This document shows positions 13,837 to 24,455 of a stretch of 64,000 bases of DNA, piece by piece (position 1 is the first letter of the stretch; each line of letters begins with the position of its first letter). The position numbers were made by a program, and so were the translations under genes. The DNA is from Microthyrium microscopicum (Eukaryota): the NCBI GenBank assembly GCA_010405405.1, contig MU004237.1, forward strand, positions 1,747,345 through 1,811,344, read 5' to 3'. The notes below the pieces were generated by a model. That model did no database searches. It saw nothing but the letters and a program-made list of their open reading frames with translations, and had not been told where the DNA came from.

Positions 13837-14457
13837 CCATAGCGCGCGACGGGGGGTAATAGAAATGATGTTGAGAGGATCGTTTCATGATTTATATACG
13901 TTTTTAGCCAAAAAATACCACTTCTCAACAAAGGGGAAGAATTAGTAAATTTGTTAAGAAGTAGTATTTCCTTAAAAAGGCCCATCTTTAGGCTAAAAAT
14001 AGTGTTTTTATAATAAATGTACTTCTTAACACCAAAAAAAGGAGCGATAGGAGCCAAAACTAGCGTCGCTTTTTTTTTTTTTTTTTTTTTTTTTTATATT
14101 TCTTACATTCGAACTACGAATTAGGCTAGCACGGGATTACAATACGATGAGAGTTATGGATGTACAGTTCTACTACGATCGTGATTTACTAACAGAATTT
14201 ACCTTAAATGTGAATATATAGCAAGTACGATAAAGCCTTGGCGGCTATCGTATTTACTCCTTCTAAAAGTCCTATCGTGACTTCTCCCCCTTTAGCTAAA
14301 AATGCTTAAAATAGAAGAAGATAGACTTAGACTATAGATAAAGTAACATAACACTAAAATAGGAAAACGATTCCATTATAATATTTCTATAACAACTTCA
14401 CGGTCTTCCAAAACATCGCTGGCAATGATTTCTATTACCCCCCCTACCACGCTATGG
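13837..14457. mobile_element. Non-autonomous TIR element/MITE (Tc1/mariner-type TA target site), AT-rich with a RIP-like composition
   Basis: Imperfect ~30-bp inverted termini: CCATAGCGCGCGACGGGGGGTAATAGAAAT at 13837, and the reverse complement of 14428-14457 reads CCATAGCGTGGTAGGGGGGGTAATAGAAAT. Each end is flanked by TA (13835-36, 14458-59). The interior is TpA-rich with no transposase ORF. Confidence 0.75.
14070..14095 (-). repeat. 26-nt poly(T) tract (poly(A) on the minus strand) inside the TIR element
   Basis: Uninterrupted T run at 14070-14095. Confidence 0.9.
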
Positions 14458-14659
14458 TACATTTGATGAAACCGCGCTGCTCAGTCTGTAAATCCCTTTG
14501 AGAACCACGCCGTAGCCCAAAGCTAATGTTTCAGACTGATCCCTCAAATGTAGAGGAAGAGAACGAGAGCACGCCTGTATCGGTGTAGGCGGTGGCACAC
14601 AGCAAAGTCGATGGGAGTATGCCGCATCTTTTGTAACTGGATCAGGAGTTTGATTAATG

Positions 14660-17648
14660 GCCATAGCGCGAGCGTGTTCCGCAAACAACACGCGCATCGC
14701 ACAGAATAAATTGTGATAGGGTGCCCCAAAGGACGGTAACTTCTATATACTCGAAGCTTTCGATCTAGACTACGTACCTAAGGCAACGTGTTAAGTCAAG
14801 GACTCTAATCGCCCGCATAGCCTGCGATGCTACCATGATGTGTGTTGAACTCGACCGTGATCTAACAATGATGTTTTCTATGCCGTTGATTGACACAGGT
14901 ATCCTCCAACCGTGAACGACTTTCGTGACTCTGATCAGGTTTCCTTCGATATTTCCGATTCAGACGCATTCACCACAGAGGTCGATCCTCGTAAATATGG
15001 CAGCTACGATCAGAATTTATTTAGATATCCGCACATCGAACCCAACATCAAGAACTAGTACCTTTCACTCGTTGAGCCGCATCGGCTCCTCTAGCGTGGG
15101 TTTCTTAGTTCTAGTGTCGTATTTGGAGCGACGTAGAAAGACAACCACAGATGGATTGAGAGAGCTCAATAAGCCAGTGATGGCTCCAATGTCCAGATGA
15201 TTGCCTTCCTCGTTGGTCAGGCGGATCTCCAAAGAAGCAAGGTTGGTGAACCGCTTGAAATCGAAAATTTCTTCAAACGACGAGCTCTGAGATTGGCTAG
15301 CATGGTGTTCCGCAAATAGAGTGTTTGGCTTCTCATCGGACACTGGCTTGTGTTCGGAACGTATGGTGTTCTGGATAATAAGTTGTCGAATGCTATGTTG
15401 AGGCTTGTTTTGTGAGCCGAAATAATCGTCAAGCAACACATCAATCTTCGCTTGGGCCTCAGCCTTCAACGAATCAAATTCTAGCATGTCCGGATGGAAG
15501 TCGACTTGGAATGTATTCTCGCTATAGAATAATTTCGCAGCCTGACCCGCGTTAGTACGTTGTACTGACTAAGGAACAGAGATGACTGGCCTGCTGGGAG
15601 AAATCAGGGGTGACGACTGCCGCTGAAAGAAAGAGATGATCATCGCGTGGCAGATATGCCCTATACTTGCCGGATTGGGAAATTCGCTTTGATATGATGC
15701 GTATTGGAGCATCGTGAATATAGAGATGCTTGAAGACCATTTCACGAAGCTCAAATGGGAAAGACTTCATGCCCACGACATTGTCTAGTACTCGAGGCTG
15801 CTGCGACATACGGAATGAATAGCCGGATTGCAGGAAATCGCGCCTAGAAAATGTTACAAGGCGATCAAATAAGGGCCCTAGAAGTATTCAACCAGATGAA
15901 GCCATTCAAGAACTTTGGTGGCTCCTCGTATCTCATGAATAGAGGATCTTGTTCTTTCCATCGCGTTTGAAGAGCATCAGCAATTTTCCAAACTCGATGG
16001 TAAAGCAAGCATTTTCTCCTCATGAGAAGCAGCAGCAGCCAGCGACGTAAATGGGAGCATCAACATCGGCCAGCGGGCTGTAATCAGAACTTACTTGGCT
16101 TGCAGTAAAACCACGGCAGCTGCGCTCTCGAATATCCTAGAAGAAAATCAGCACTCCATTTCTATTCTGCGTGGCGCATTATACTCACTGCAACGCTGTT
16201 TCCTCATGCTCAGAAGATGCTAAATCATCCAAGACTAGCTGGATATCATTGCGAGCAGCGTCGATAACGACTGACACGCCTTCCGCCATACTCTGCATAC
16301 GTTGTTCGAAGACACCATATATATCACTTTTGGTACTGCTAGCCATGATATTTGTCAATCCATTAGCTCGCAATTCGATTTCCGTACCCTGCTTCTTTAT
16401 CTCGGCAGTCATGTGTCGCACACTGGTGTAGTCATAGTCGCTTAGTTTGGATCCTAGAGGGTTTACCGGAGGAGAGCGACTGAAATCACGGGCTAATTGA
16501 AGCTGCGCTACTGCCGCTTCAAGGCGTTGCGCGGGTGATGCAGGGTTAGAAGGATTTGCTTGATGTGCTGGCGTCACTGCCTGAATGACTTGAATTTGAC
16601 GAGTCTGGCGAGTCCCAGTACTTCCTCTGCCATTCCCTCGACCTGAACGTCGACCTCGTTGTTGTCCTCGATTACCTCGGTTTGCTAGATTAGGGCGAGT
16701 TGCTTGGTTTTGTTGTGAAGGAGGCATTCGTTGTGGAGCCATCTGTTGTAGAGCCATCTGCTGTGGGGGAACCATCTGCTGTGGGATAGCCATCTGCTGT
16801 GCAGGAACCATCTGCTGTGGAGGAGCCATCTGCTGCGGAAGTTGAATCTGCTGTGGAGGTTGATTCTGCTGTGAATATTGATTTTGGAAACCAAAGAGCG
16901 ATGCATGTAAAGACTGCTGGGTAGGCGCAAGTTGTGGCATTCTAGGATGAGACCCTTGCCCAGACATGAACATCGGTGGTCCGTATTGCGATTGATATGC
17001 CGGCGCAAAGTTGGACATCCCATATTGACGCGGTGGGCCAGCAACGAACATCGGCTGCCCATATTGCGGTTGGTAGAATGGCGCAGAGCTTGGTAGCAGA
17101 TTAGTAGCTTGTGGGGCAGATACATACTGAGTCTGCTGTAGTGTAGCTGAAGTTTGAGGCCAATGTAATGGATTGATCGCAAATGTATTGAACATCAAAT
17201 TGCCTGCATTTGGATGGTTGCTGATTTGTGCTGTGGGTGCAAAAGCTGGGGCATATGCCGGAGCTGGCGCGTATCCTGGCGCCGGTGCATATGTCGATGT
17301 TGATCTGGTTAGAAGACCCGATACATGTGTATATTGCTGTCTGAAGGAAGAGTTCTGTGCGTATATAGTACTAGGTCCATATGCTGGAGTTGGCCCGTAG
17401 ACTGGCGCTGATCCAGCGACGGGACGAGAGACAGGCCCAACAGAAAGATGAGATGAATGTGCGGAAGCATTTGTAGATGAATGTGCATTTCCGAAAACCG
17501 TCTGAGCAGCTGGGAGAGGCCGATGAGTGGAAGTTTGCTGGCCGGCTCCATTCAAATTGTTGCCGGCGATTGCGACATGATGAGGTGGTAGATGAGGTCG
17601 TAGAGGTCTGAAGCGTTGAGGCGCTGGCATAGGATTCTGGTCAGCCAT
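14660..17648 (-). pseudogene. Family A paralog 3, with a long Q/P/Y/M prion-like N-terminus; C-terminus truncated or decayed
   Basis: ATG at 17648 (MADQNPM). Introns 16137-16188, 15844-16094 and a GC-AG intron 15542-15590 give a continuous protein to ...EEPMRLNE-TGA at 15065, where paralogs read NEW/NHW. A remnant AMRVLFAEHAR lies near 14700-14670. Confidence 0.6.
16735..16872 (-). repeat. Coding minisatellite of ~15-18-bp units encoding QQMxPP-type repeats
   Basis: Repeated CCATCTGCTGTGG-like units; protein QQIQLP-QQMAPP-QQMVPA-QQMAIP-QQMVPP-QQMAL-QQMAP. Confidence 0.85.
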
Positions 17649-18651
17649 TTGATTGGAGTCAATTGTTGCGCAAAGAGTAGTAGAAGTGATTGTGATGTAG
17701 AAAAGTGGGAGAATGATCTGTGATGGCGTGGATGGAGCAAGTGATAGAAGTTTGTGATGGAGAACGAGGTTGGAGAAGCAGTTCGAAAGTTTGTAGAAAC
17801 TTGCTGAGTTTCGGGGAGGGTGGTGGTGGAAGGATGGCAACGAAGCGGTGACTAACAGCCATTCCTATTGAAGCTCTAGCATAATGAAGGATTGAGGTGA
17901 CAGTTTGTTCAAGGTGGTCATTCGAGGTGACCAATCCTCATGACCATTCAATCGAGGTGACAAACGATACAAGTTCTATAGGCGAAATCCAATGGAATTA
18001 GTCAAATATGATTACAAACAGAGCCAACAAGCTCGGAAAGGCCATATGGTCTTTTCAGGGTGATAAATTCGTAGCATTTGATGAGATCCATAGCACTAGA
18101 TCGGAAACGCATGTTATAGCAACCTTCTAGGTTGAAGAAAAATGTGATGTTTTTGGGATTCATCGGACGTGTTCAAGAATTGTGACTTCCACGGGGAAAT
18201 ATTACCGGCTCTTGATGAGCGTGTATAGCCGACAGATGCGTAGATAATCAGGCTTTCATTGACTACGATGAGGAGTATTGGGCTTTCTAATGAAGAGAAA
18301 GTTTGGAAGCTATTGGCGCTGGGTAAGGCGCCATTTATTTTGCCAGGCCTGTGGTAGTCAAAAAAGTATTCAGGTCACTAGCATCGAAGAGAGAACTATA
18401 GAATAGCTACTATTGTACATTAAGCTTTCTAAGAAGTGTATAATGGCGGTTAGAGGACTGACAATTTATTCGTATAAAGATAGTGACGATTTATTCGTTG
18501 TAGCACTCCCGACCAATTGCGAGTGCAAGTCCTGTCATCTGCAATATCCACCGTCTTTTCCAGCAAGAGTCGTTGCTTCAACTCGCATGGTGGTCAAGGA
18601 TGCTTCTCAAATGTGATGGTAGATGAAGTTGTTGGTGCCAGCTATGAGAGC

Positions 18652-20489
18652 CTATGGGAGGGTGCGTGCGTGTTCAGCAAAGAATACCCGCATGGCACCA
18701 GGGTGGATTGTATCCGCATACATGTACCAGTCTCGAATACTGTCATTACCGTATCGACGTCCTGCGATAGCACGACTGGCTCCTACCAATAGTGGCCCGA
18801 AACCAGCGGGAAGGCGGTTGGCTGCTACCACAACATTGCCGGCGGCCCCAATTCGTGCGCGATACTCAAAGTCGAAGAAGCGGTTGTACTGGTCGAGGTC
18901 ACCATCTTGTGGTGCTGTGAGCCAGTGATTGATCTTCAAGCGACGAGACAAGTGTGGAACTCGTAAGTACACTTTGACCGAGAAGGGAAGGCGGTTTAAG
19001 AGTTTTGTGAAAGCTCGAATGTCCATATGGTTTTCATACTCATCACTAAGGACAAGCTCCAAAGATTCTAGCTTCTTGAACTCCTGTAGCGCAAAGACAG
19101 AATGGTACTCCACAGGCTGAGAGTGGCGAGTCGTATAGATCTGGTGATTTTCGATGTCGACGTTCTGATGTACATTCTCGGGGGGTGCACCATTGATGAC
19201 CACCTTTGGTCTCGCAGTCTTCTGGAGAATGAGGTGTCGTATGTTGTCGCTACCTTTACTGTAGGAGCCAAAGTAATCACCATCCAGTAGAAGATCAACT
19301 TTGGATCGCACTTCTATTTGCAACTGCCGACATTGTCGGCCAGGCAGCAAAATGGCCGTATGGAAGAGGACCTTGAACGTGTTCCGTTTGTAGTATTCCT
19401 CGGCGGCGAGTTGGGATAGTCTAGGACCGACAATAGACGACGAGAGAAAGTAGCTATGCTCTACCGGGAGGCACACCACTTTCTGATTGTTCATGGCAGC
19501 CACTCGCTTTGTTCCAACTTCGATAGTTTGGCCGGTGCCGTACACATATTCGAAGATCATCAGGAGGACCTCGTTGGAGAGCTTTTCCAGGTTGGAAACC
19601 TTGCGAATGAGCTCGGGATTTCCGGAGATGCGGAGAGAATAGCCAGAGTTCAGATAGTTGTGTCTAGATCTTCATTAGCACAGATTGTTGAAATGCAGAG
19701 GTTGACAGTGATCATAGTGGGGCGTTGCAACTGTTAGGAGCGACCGGTGTGCTCTCCACACCTAGCACATGCAAAGTTTCCAAAGCACCCGCCGCCTGAT
19801 GGGGGCATGTCATTGATGAAAAAAGGAAGAACTTACTGTGCTCTCAACAAAGCAGTCGCAGTTGCGCTTTCGAACAGTCTAGAGAATTAGGGGTTAGCAT
19901 ATCACTTAAGCTACTAATACTTGGATTTTTTGACTTACTGAAGTGAGTTTTCTTGCTCCTCCGAAGTTTGCATCTCATGCTCTCGAGTTACTTCGATACC
20001 TAACATCGAATTCAAGTTTTTTTGAATGCAATTAGTAGAATGTAACTGGCCAGTCGTAATGGCTTCAATTCCCTCCGCAAAATCAATGATTTGGGTCTCT
20101 TTGGCAGTTGGAGGTCTTCTGCCTTTCTTGTCAAGCACATTTTGCCTAAGCTCTAGAGTTTGTGCTAAGATTCTACTAGAACCGTTAGCGTGCTGTAAAT
20201 AGTTATCAATTCCAATGGCTTGCTTACTGCGCTGTCTGCATGTTGACTTCGGTAGACAAGATAGAGACACTAGAGCAGTTAGTACGCATGCTTTAGCTCA
20301 GACGTTGGTATAATACGTTGGATAATCGTAGTCGCTTAGAGCAGTTCCAAATGGGTTGCGCAGCACGACACTGCGGGTGTTCTGAGATAATTCGGACTCG
20401 AACCGTGCTGCAAGCTCGAATTTGGACGATGCAATAGCATATCTATCCTCTGGAGAGAAATCATCCCTATCTGACGATGAAGAGGCCAT
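18652..20489 (-). CDS. Family A paralog 4 (no long disordered N-terminus; 5 exons)
   Basis: MASSSSDRDD...RNPFGTALSDYDYPT. Introns 20270-20316, 20176-20227, 19879-19938 and 19664-19836 give an open frame to ...LEKLSNEVLLMIFEYVY...HPGAMRVFFAEHARTLP. Confidence 0.7.
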
Positions 20490-21572
20490 TCCGACAAACG
20501 AATGGTAGCTTAGCAAGCCAACTTGATACTGAAATGAAGGAAAATGAAGAGACAGGGCAAGGTGCAAAGAAATGAGGGCAGAAAAGTGAGAGTTAGGAAT
20601 TCAAAAGCCGTCAAACATAGAGGAAGAGGATGGACACAACTTGCTCAAGGTTGAGGGAAATGAGGGATGTATGACTAGCCATAGTGGCGAGTAGAGTAAG
20701 AGTTGCTAAAAGAAGATGTAGCTATTTCCTCCTAAGGCAAGTATGGAGTGGCCATCGGACGGCTCTGAGGTTTGGGCAACACTCTTCCTCTTTTGGACAC
20801 TTCTTTTAAATCGGGGCAGCCGCGAAACACTAGTTGCCTTGATTCCCAGCCATTCATTGCAATTCCATTCAGATATTGGTTTGGGATTGTTGGCTGAATC
20901 TCACGCATGCACGGAGTGGGGGACATCAAGGGAGAAGGGTGCGTGTCGTCCATCGGCTCGTACATAGATGTCAACAGAGTTGGCCAACGATAAGCTTCAG
21001 AGAGACGCCTATTCTCGGAGGATCCTGGATACTCATGGCTTTGAAAAGTTAGCTGCCTTACAGGCTACAGCCTGCTCAATTGAGGCTTTATCGTGGACAT
21101 GAAGCTGCATTGTATGGCAAGACGGAGGAACTCCTGCCCTGACCGATTTCGAGAAATCTAACAAGGTGACCATAATCAAGACTCGGCGTAGATGCTAAAG
21201 ACCCGTAGGAAGGAACTGGAGGAGTACGATATATGAGGCTCCCGGCTTCAATGGAGAACAAGCGAGGAGCTTGTTGAGTGGAATAAGACATAACGAACTG
21301 ACAAAATGCGTTGTATGCATCAAATAGCATTTCTGAGAGAGATTACTCATTAAAACTCAATCATACTCTGCCGAACAGAACCTAGGAAGACAGTTTCGTG
21401 AAGCAAGTTACACAATAAAGTTGGGATGAAGTTGGAAGATTGGAGCCTCGCGGGAATTAGACGCGCGCTTACTCTGACAGATGCAACCGGCCGAACATCA
21501 ACTCTTACTTTGGCAGCTATTTGCTCTTTACGCCGACCATTATCATGAAAGACATATATTGAAACTGACATT

Positions 21573-22333
21573 ATGGCCTCTTCAAATACGGGTGGATGGG
21601 CCCAACTCCGGCAGCAGACCCGCAACGCCGAGCAAAGTGTACGTATTCCTCCTATGCCGATACCGTGATCTCCAAGCCGATCAAGCGGAAGCGAACTAAC
21701 ATACTGTCCTGATAGACCGAGTCCCTATTCCACACGTATTCGCAATATACCGCTTCAGGCACACTCTCCACCAAGCCTAGCGATGCCGAAACCCACACCG
21801 AAGCCCAGATCCGCGACCTCCTCGACAGGCGCGAATCTCTCATCACCCAGCTCTCCAATCTCCTCGACTCCGAATCCGCCCTGACCGCCTCCGCACTCAA
21901 GCAAAACAATCTCGCACGACACCGCGAAGTCCTCACAGAACACCGGCGCGAAGTAGCCCGCATAAAACTCAACATCAGCGAAGCGCGCAACCGCGCAAAC
22001 CTCATGAACAATGTCCGCAGCGACATATCCGCCTACCACGCGGCGAACCCGGCACAACAAGAAGCAGACTACATGCTAGGCGAGCGACAGCGTATCGACT
22101 CGAGTAACCGGATGATGGACGGTGTGCTTAGTCAGGCATATGATATCAACGATAACTTCAACACGCAGAGGGAGACGCTGGCTAGCGTGAATAGAAGGAT
22201 TATGGGTGCGGCAGCGCAGTTGCCGGGGATCAATACGTTGATGAACCGGATTAGTTCGAAGAAGAGACGGGATGCGATCATATTGGCTGTTTTCATTGCG
22301 ATGGGTTTCTTATTACTCTTGTATTTCCGATGA
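21573..22333 (+). CDS. GOS1: Golgi Qb-SNARE Gos1/GOS28
   Basis: MASSNTGGWAQLRQQTRNAEQS|TESLFHTYSQY...KQNNLARHREVLTEHRRE...QRETLASVNRR...KKRRDAIILAVFIAMGFLLLLYFR with a C-terminal TM anchor; one intron. Confidence 0.92.
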
Positions 22334-22467
22334 CAGCATGGCATTGAACTGGTGCATGGAGTTGGATTTGGGGTATCAATCTATCTTACGCTATGCTTCG
22401 CCAAACATTCGGCGATGCTCTATATCATACAAATACTGTACAAAACACAACACTTATCCCAAGATCT

Positions 22468-23403
22468 TCACGTCTTCGTGTCCTCCACCAATTTCTGCAA
22501 TCCCTTAACCAACGATTCTTTCTCGCCATCCCATGCATCACCACACGCGGACCAGCGAATCCTACAATCGCGATCCAGCAGAAACACATAACCCACTTTA
22601 TCATTCATCAGCGCCACATTATCCTTCACCACCTGCGGAATCCCCCTCAGTATAAAATACCTCTCCTGTTCCTCCACACTCCTCACCCGCCGTAGGTTCC
22701 ACTCAAACAGCCTAACCATCAAACTGCTCAGCCGAAACTCCTCATGATTAACCTCCACCACCTGCGCCCCCTCTCCTGCTTCCGCTAACGCTTCCCATAA
22801 CTCCGGATTTTCTTTCTTGCCCACAAAGCTCTTCGTCTGCTGTTCCGCCCAACTCCTACTAAACAACACAACCACGCTAACCTTCCCCTTCAACACAGGC
22901 GCCGTATTCCCGTCTCCCCTAGCCAATGTTCGGCCTCGTAGATTCGGCATGTAGAGGGCCATATCGCGCTTATAGAGCTTGGTATTGGCGAGATAGAATT
23001 TCCCGCGGTTCACGTCCATGTTGCGAAAGTCGCGGATATATGTCTTGTCGAACTTCTTGAGGAGTAGTTTGCGGTTTGCTTCGTTGCGCTGGAAGTAGGA
23101 CTTGCCAGCGCCAGATTCTGTGGCGGCCCAGTCATCTTTCGAGGAAGGCTGTTGGTGAAAACCGATGGGGGCGCCGATGGGCTGGATTTTAAAGTCTTTT
23201 CGTAACCGATCGGGAGCGATTTGGCGGTCTGGGGGTGGAGGCGCAGGAGGAAGTGATGGGTAAGGTTTTGGTTTCGGGACCGGACTGGCTGTTTGGCGGA
23301 GGGAGGATGTGGTGTGTATCGCGCGGTGGGTTTGGTGATGAGGGCAGCGGGAGGGCGTGCTGTCTATGAGGACATGGAGCCGCCGTAGATGGGAGGGCCG
23401 CAT
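22468..23403 (-). CDS. ATP10: Mitochondrial ATPase assembly factor Atp10
   Basis: R-rich presequence from MRPSHLRR. Motifs GKFYLANTKLYKRDMALYMPNLRGRTL, LKGKVSVV and NDKVGYVFLLDRDCRIRWSACGDA. Confidence 0.92.
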   Translation of the reverse strand: MRPSHLRRLHVLIDSTPSRCPHHQTHRAIHTTSSLRQTASPVPKPKPYPSLPPAPPPPDRQIAPDRLRKDFKIQPIGAPIGFHQQPSSKDDWAATESGAGKSYFQRNEANRKLLLKKFDKTYIRDFRNMDVNRGKFYLANTKLYKRDMALYMPNLRGRTLARGDGNTAPVLKGKVSVVVLFSRSWAEQQTKSFVGKKENPELWEALAEAGEGAQVVEVNHEEFRLSSLMVRLFEWNLRRVRSVEEQERYFILRGIPQVVKDNVALMNDKVGYVFLLDRDCRIRWSACGDAWDGEKESLVKGLQKLVEDTKT

Positions 23404-23603
23404 TGTGTTTGTAGTGAAGCTGGCTCTTGTACCGTGGCTCAATGGCTCACATTGGGATGTAGAAAAAAGTTGAAGGTCACCGGACATAAAGTTGCCTAAA
23501 TTTATATCCGCCTACATCACCAACTCGTTGCCCCAGATCTTAACCTTCGCCATCCACCATACCACCATTCTTCCGCGCCAAAGTTCTCATATCGAAGAGA
23601 ACG

Positions 23604-24257
23604 ATGACCAGCTCAGATGATGAATCGCCAAGCCCACCCATAATACAACGGGACTACCGCAACACCCAACCAAAACACAAGCCCATCGCATTCGTCCCCG
23701 CCGAAACCACTTCTCTGCCCAGCACATTCGTCAATAAATCCGGCTTCGGCGATGCCTACCTCGCGCTTGTCCTCCCACCCTCCGAATCACCTACACCCAC
23801 GCCTACACCCGCACTAGAAACACCAATACCAGAACCACCAACACCAACAGAACTACCGCTCTGCCCAACATGCAATCTCCCCCTCACATCCGACCACGTC
23901 TCCAGTCTCGCGCACCAAGCATCTCTCCCACATACACACACGCCCCTAGCGTTAGATCGGCGGCGAAAAGGGATGGCGTATTTGAAATCATACGGATGGG
24001 ATCCAGATGCGCGGCAGGGACTAGGGACGACGAGCGAAGGAAGACTGTATCCGATAAAGGCGAAGGAGAAGCCAGATAAGGGCGGGATAGGCGCTGAGCC
24101 AAAGCAAATTAGGGAAGAGAAGAAGAAGGTGCAGAAGCTGAACATCAAGCAAATAAAAGAGCGGGAGAAGGAGAGTAAGAAGAAAGCCGATCGGCTGCAG
24201 AGGATGTTTTATGGGAATGGCGATGTGGAGAAGTATTTAGGTGGAGATGCATTCTGA
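23604..24257 (+). CDS. G-patch domain protein with a preceding CxxC..H..H knuckle (GPANK1-like)
   Basis: LCPTCNLPLTSDHVSSLAH followed by the G-patch RKGMAYLKSYGWDPDARQGLGTTSEGRLYPIKAKEKPDKGGIG. Confidence 0.85.
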   Translation: MTSSDDESPSPPIIQRDYRNTQPKHKPIAFVPAETTSLPSTFVNKSGFGDAYLALVLPPSESPTPTPTPALETPIPEPPTPTELPLCPTCNLPLTSDHVSSLAHQASLPHTHTPLALDRRRKGMAYLKSYGWDPDARQGLGTTSEGRLYPIKAKEKPDKGGIGAEPKQIREEKKKVQKLNIKQIKEREKESKKKADRLQRMFYGNGDVEKYLGGDAF

Positions 24258-24455
24258 ATGGGACTGGGGACTGCATACTGGGCGGCGTTTTTGCTTCAAA
24301 GATACCCACTGGAGAGTTAGTTAGATCTATCACATGGAGGATCATTAAAGGATCGATGGCAAACTTTTTCTTATAGCTGCTGTCTATTCATCGCAAGCCA
24401 TGAGCTCGTATCAACATAACTTGTGAATCGCCTCGCTTGACAATACCCAAAACAT

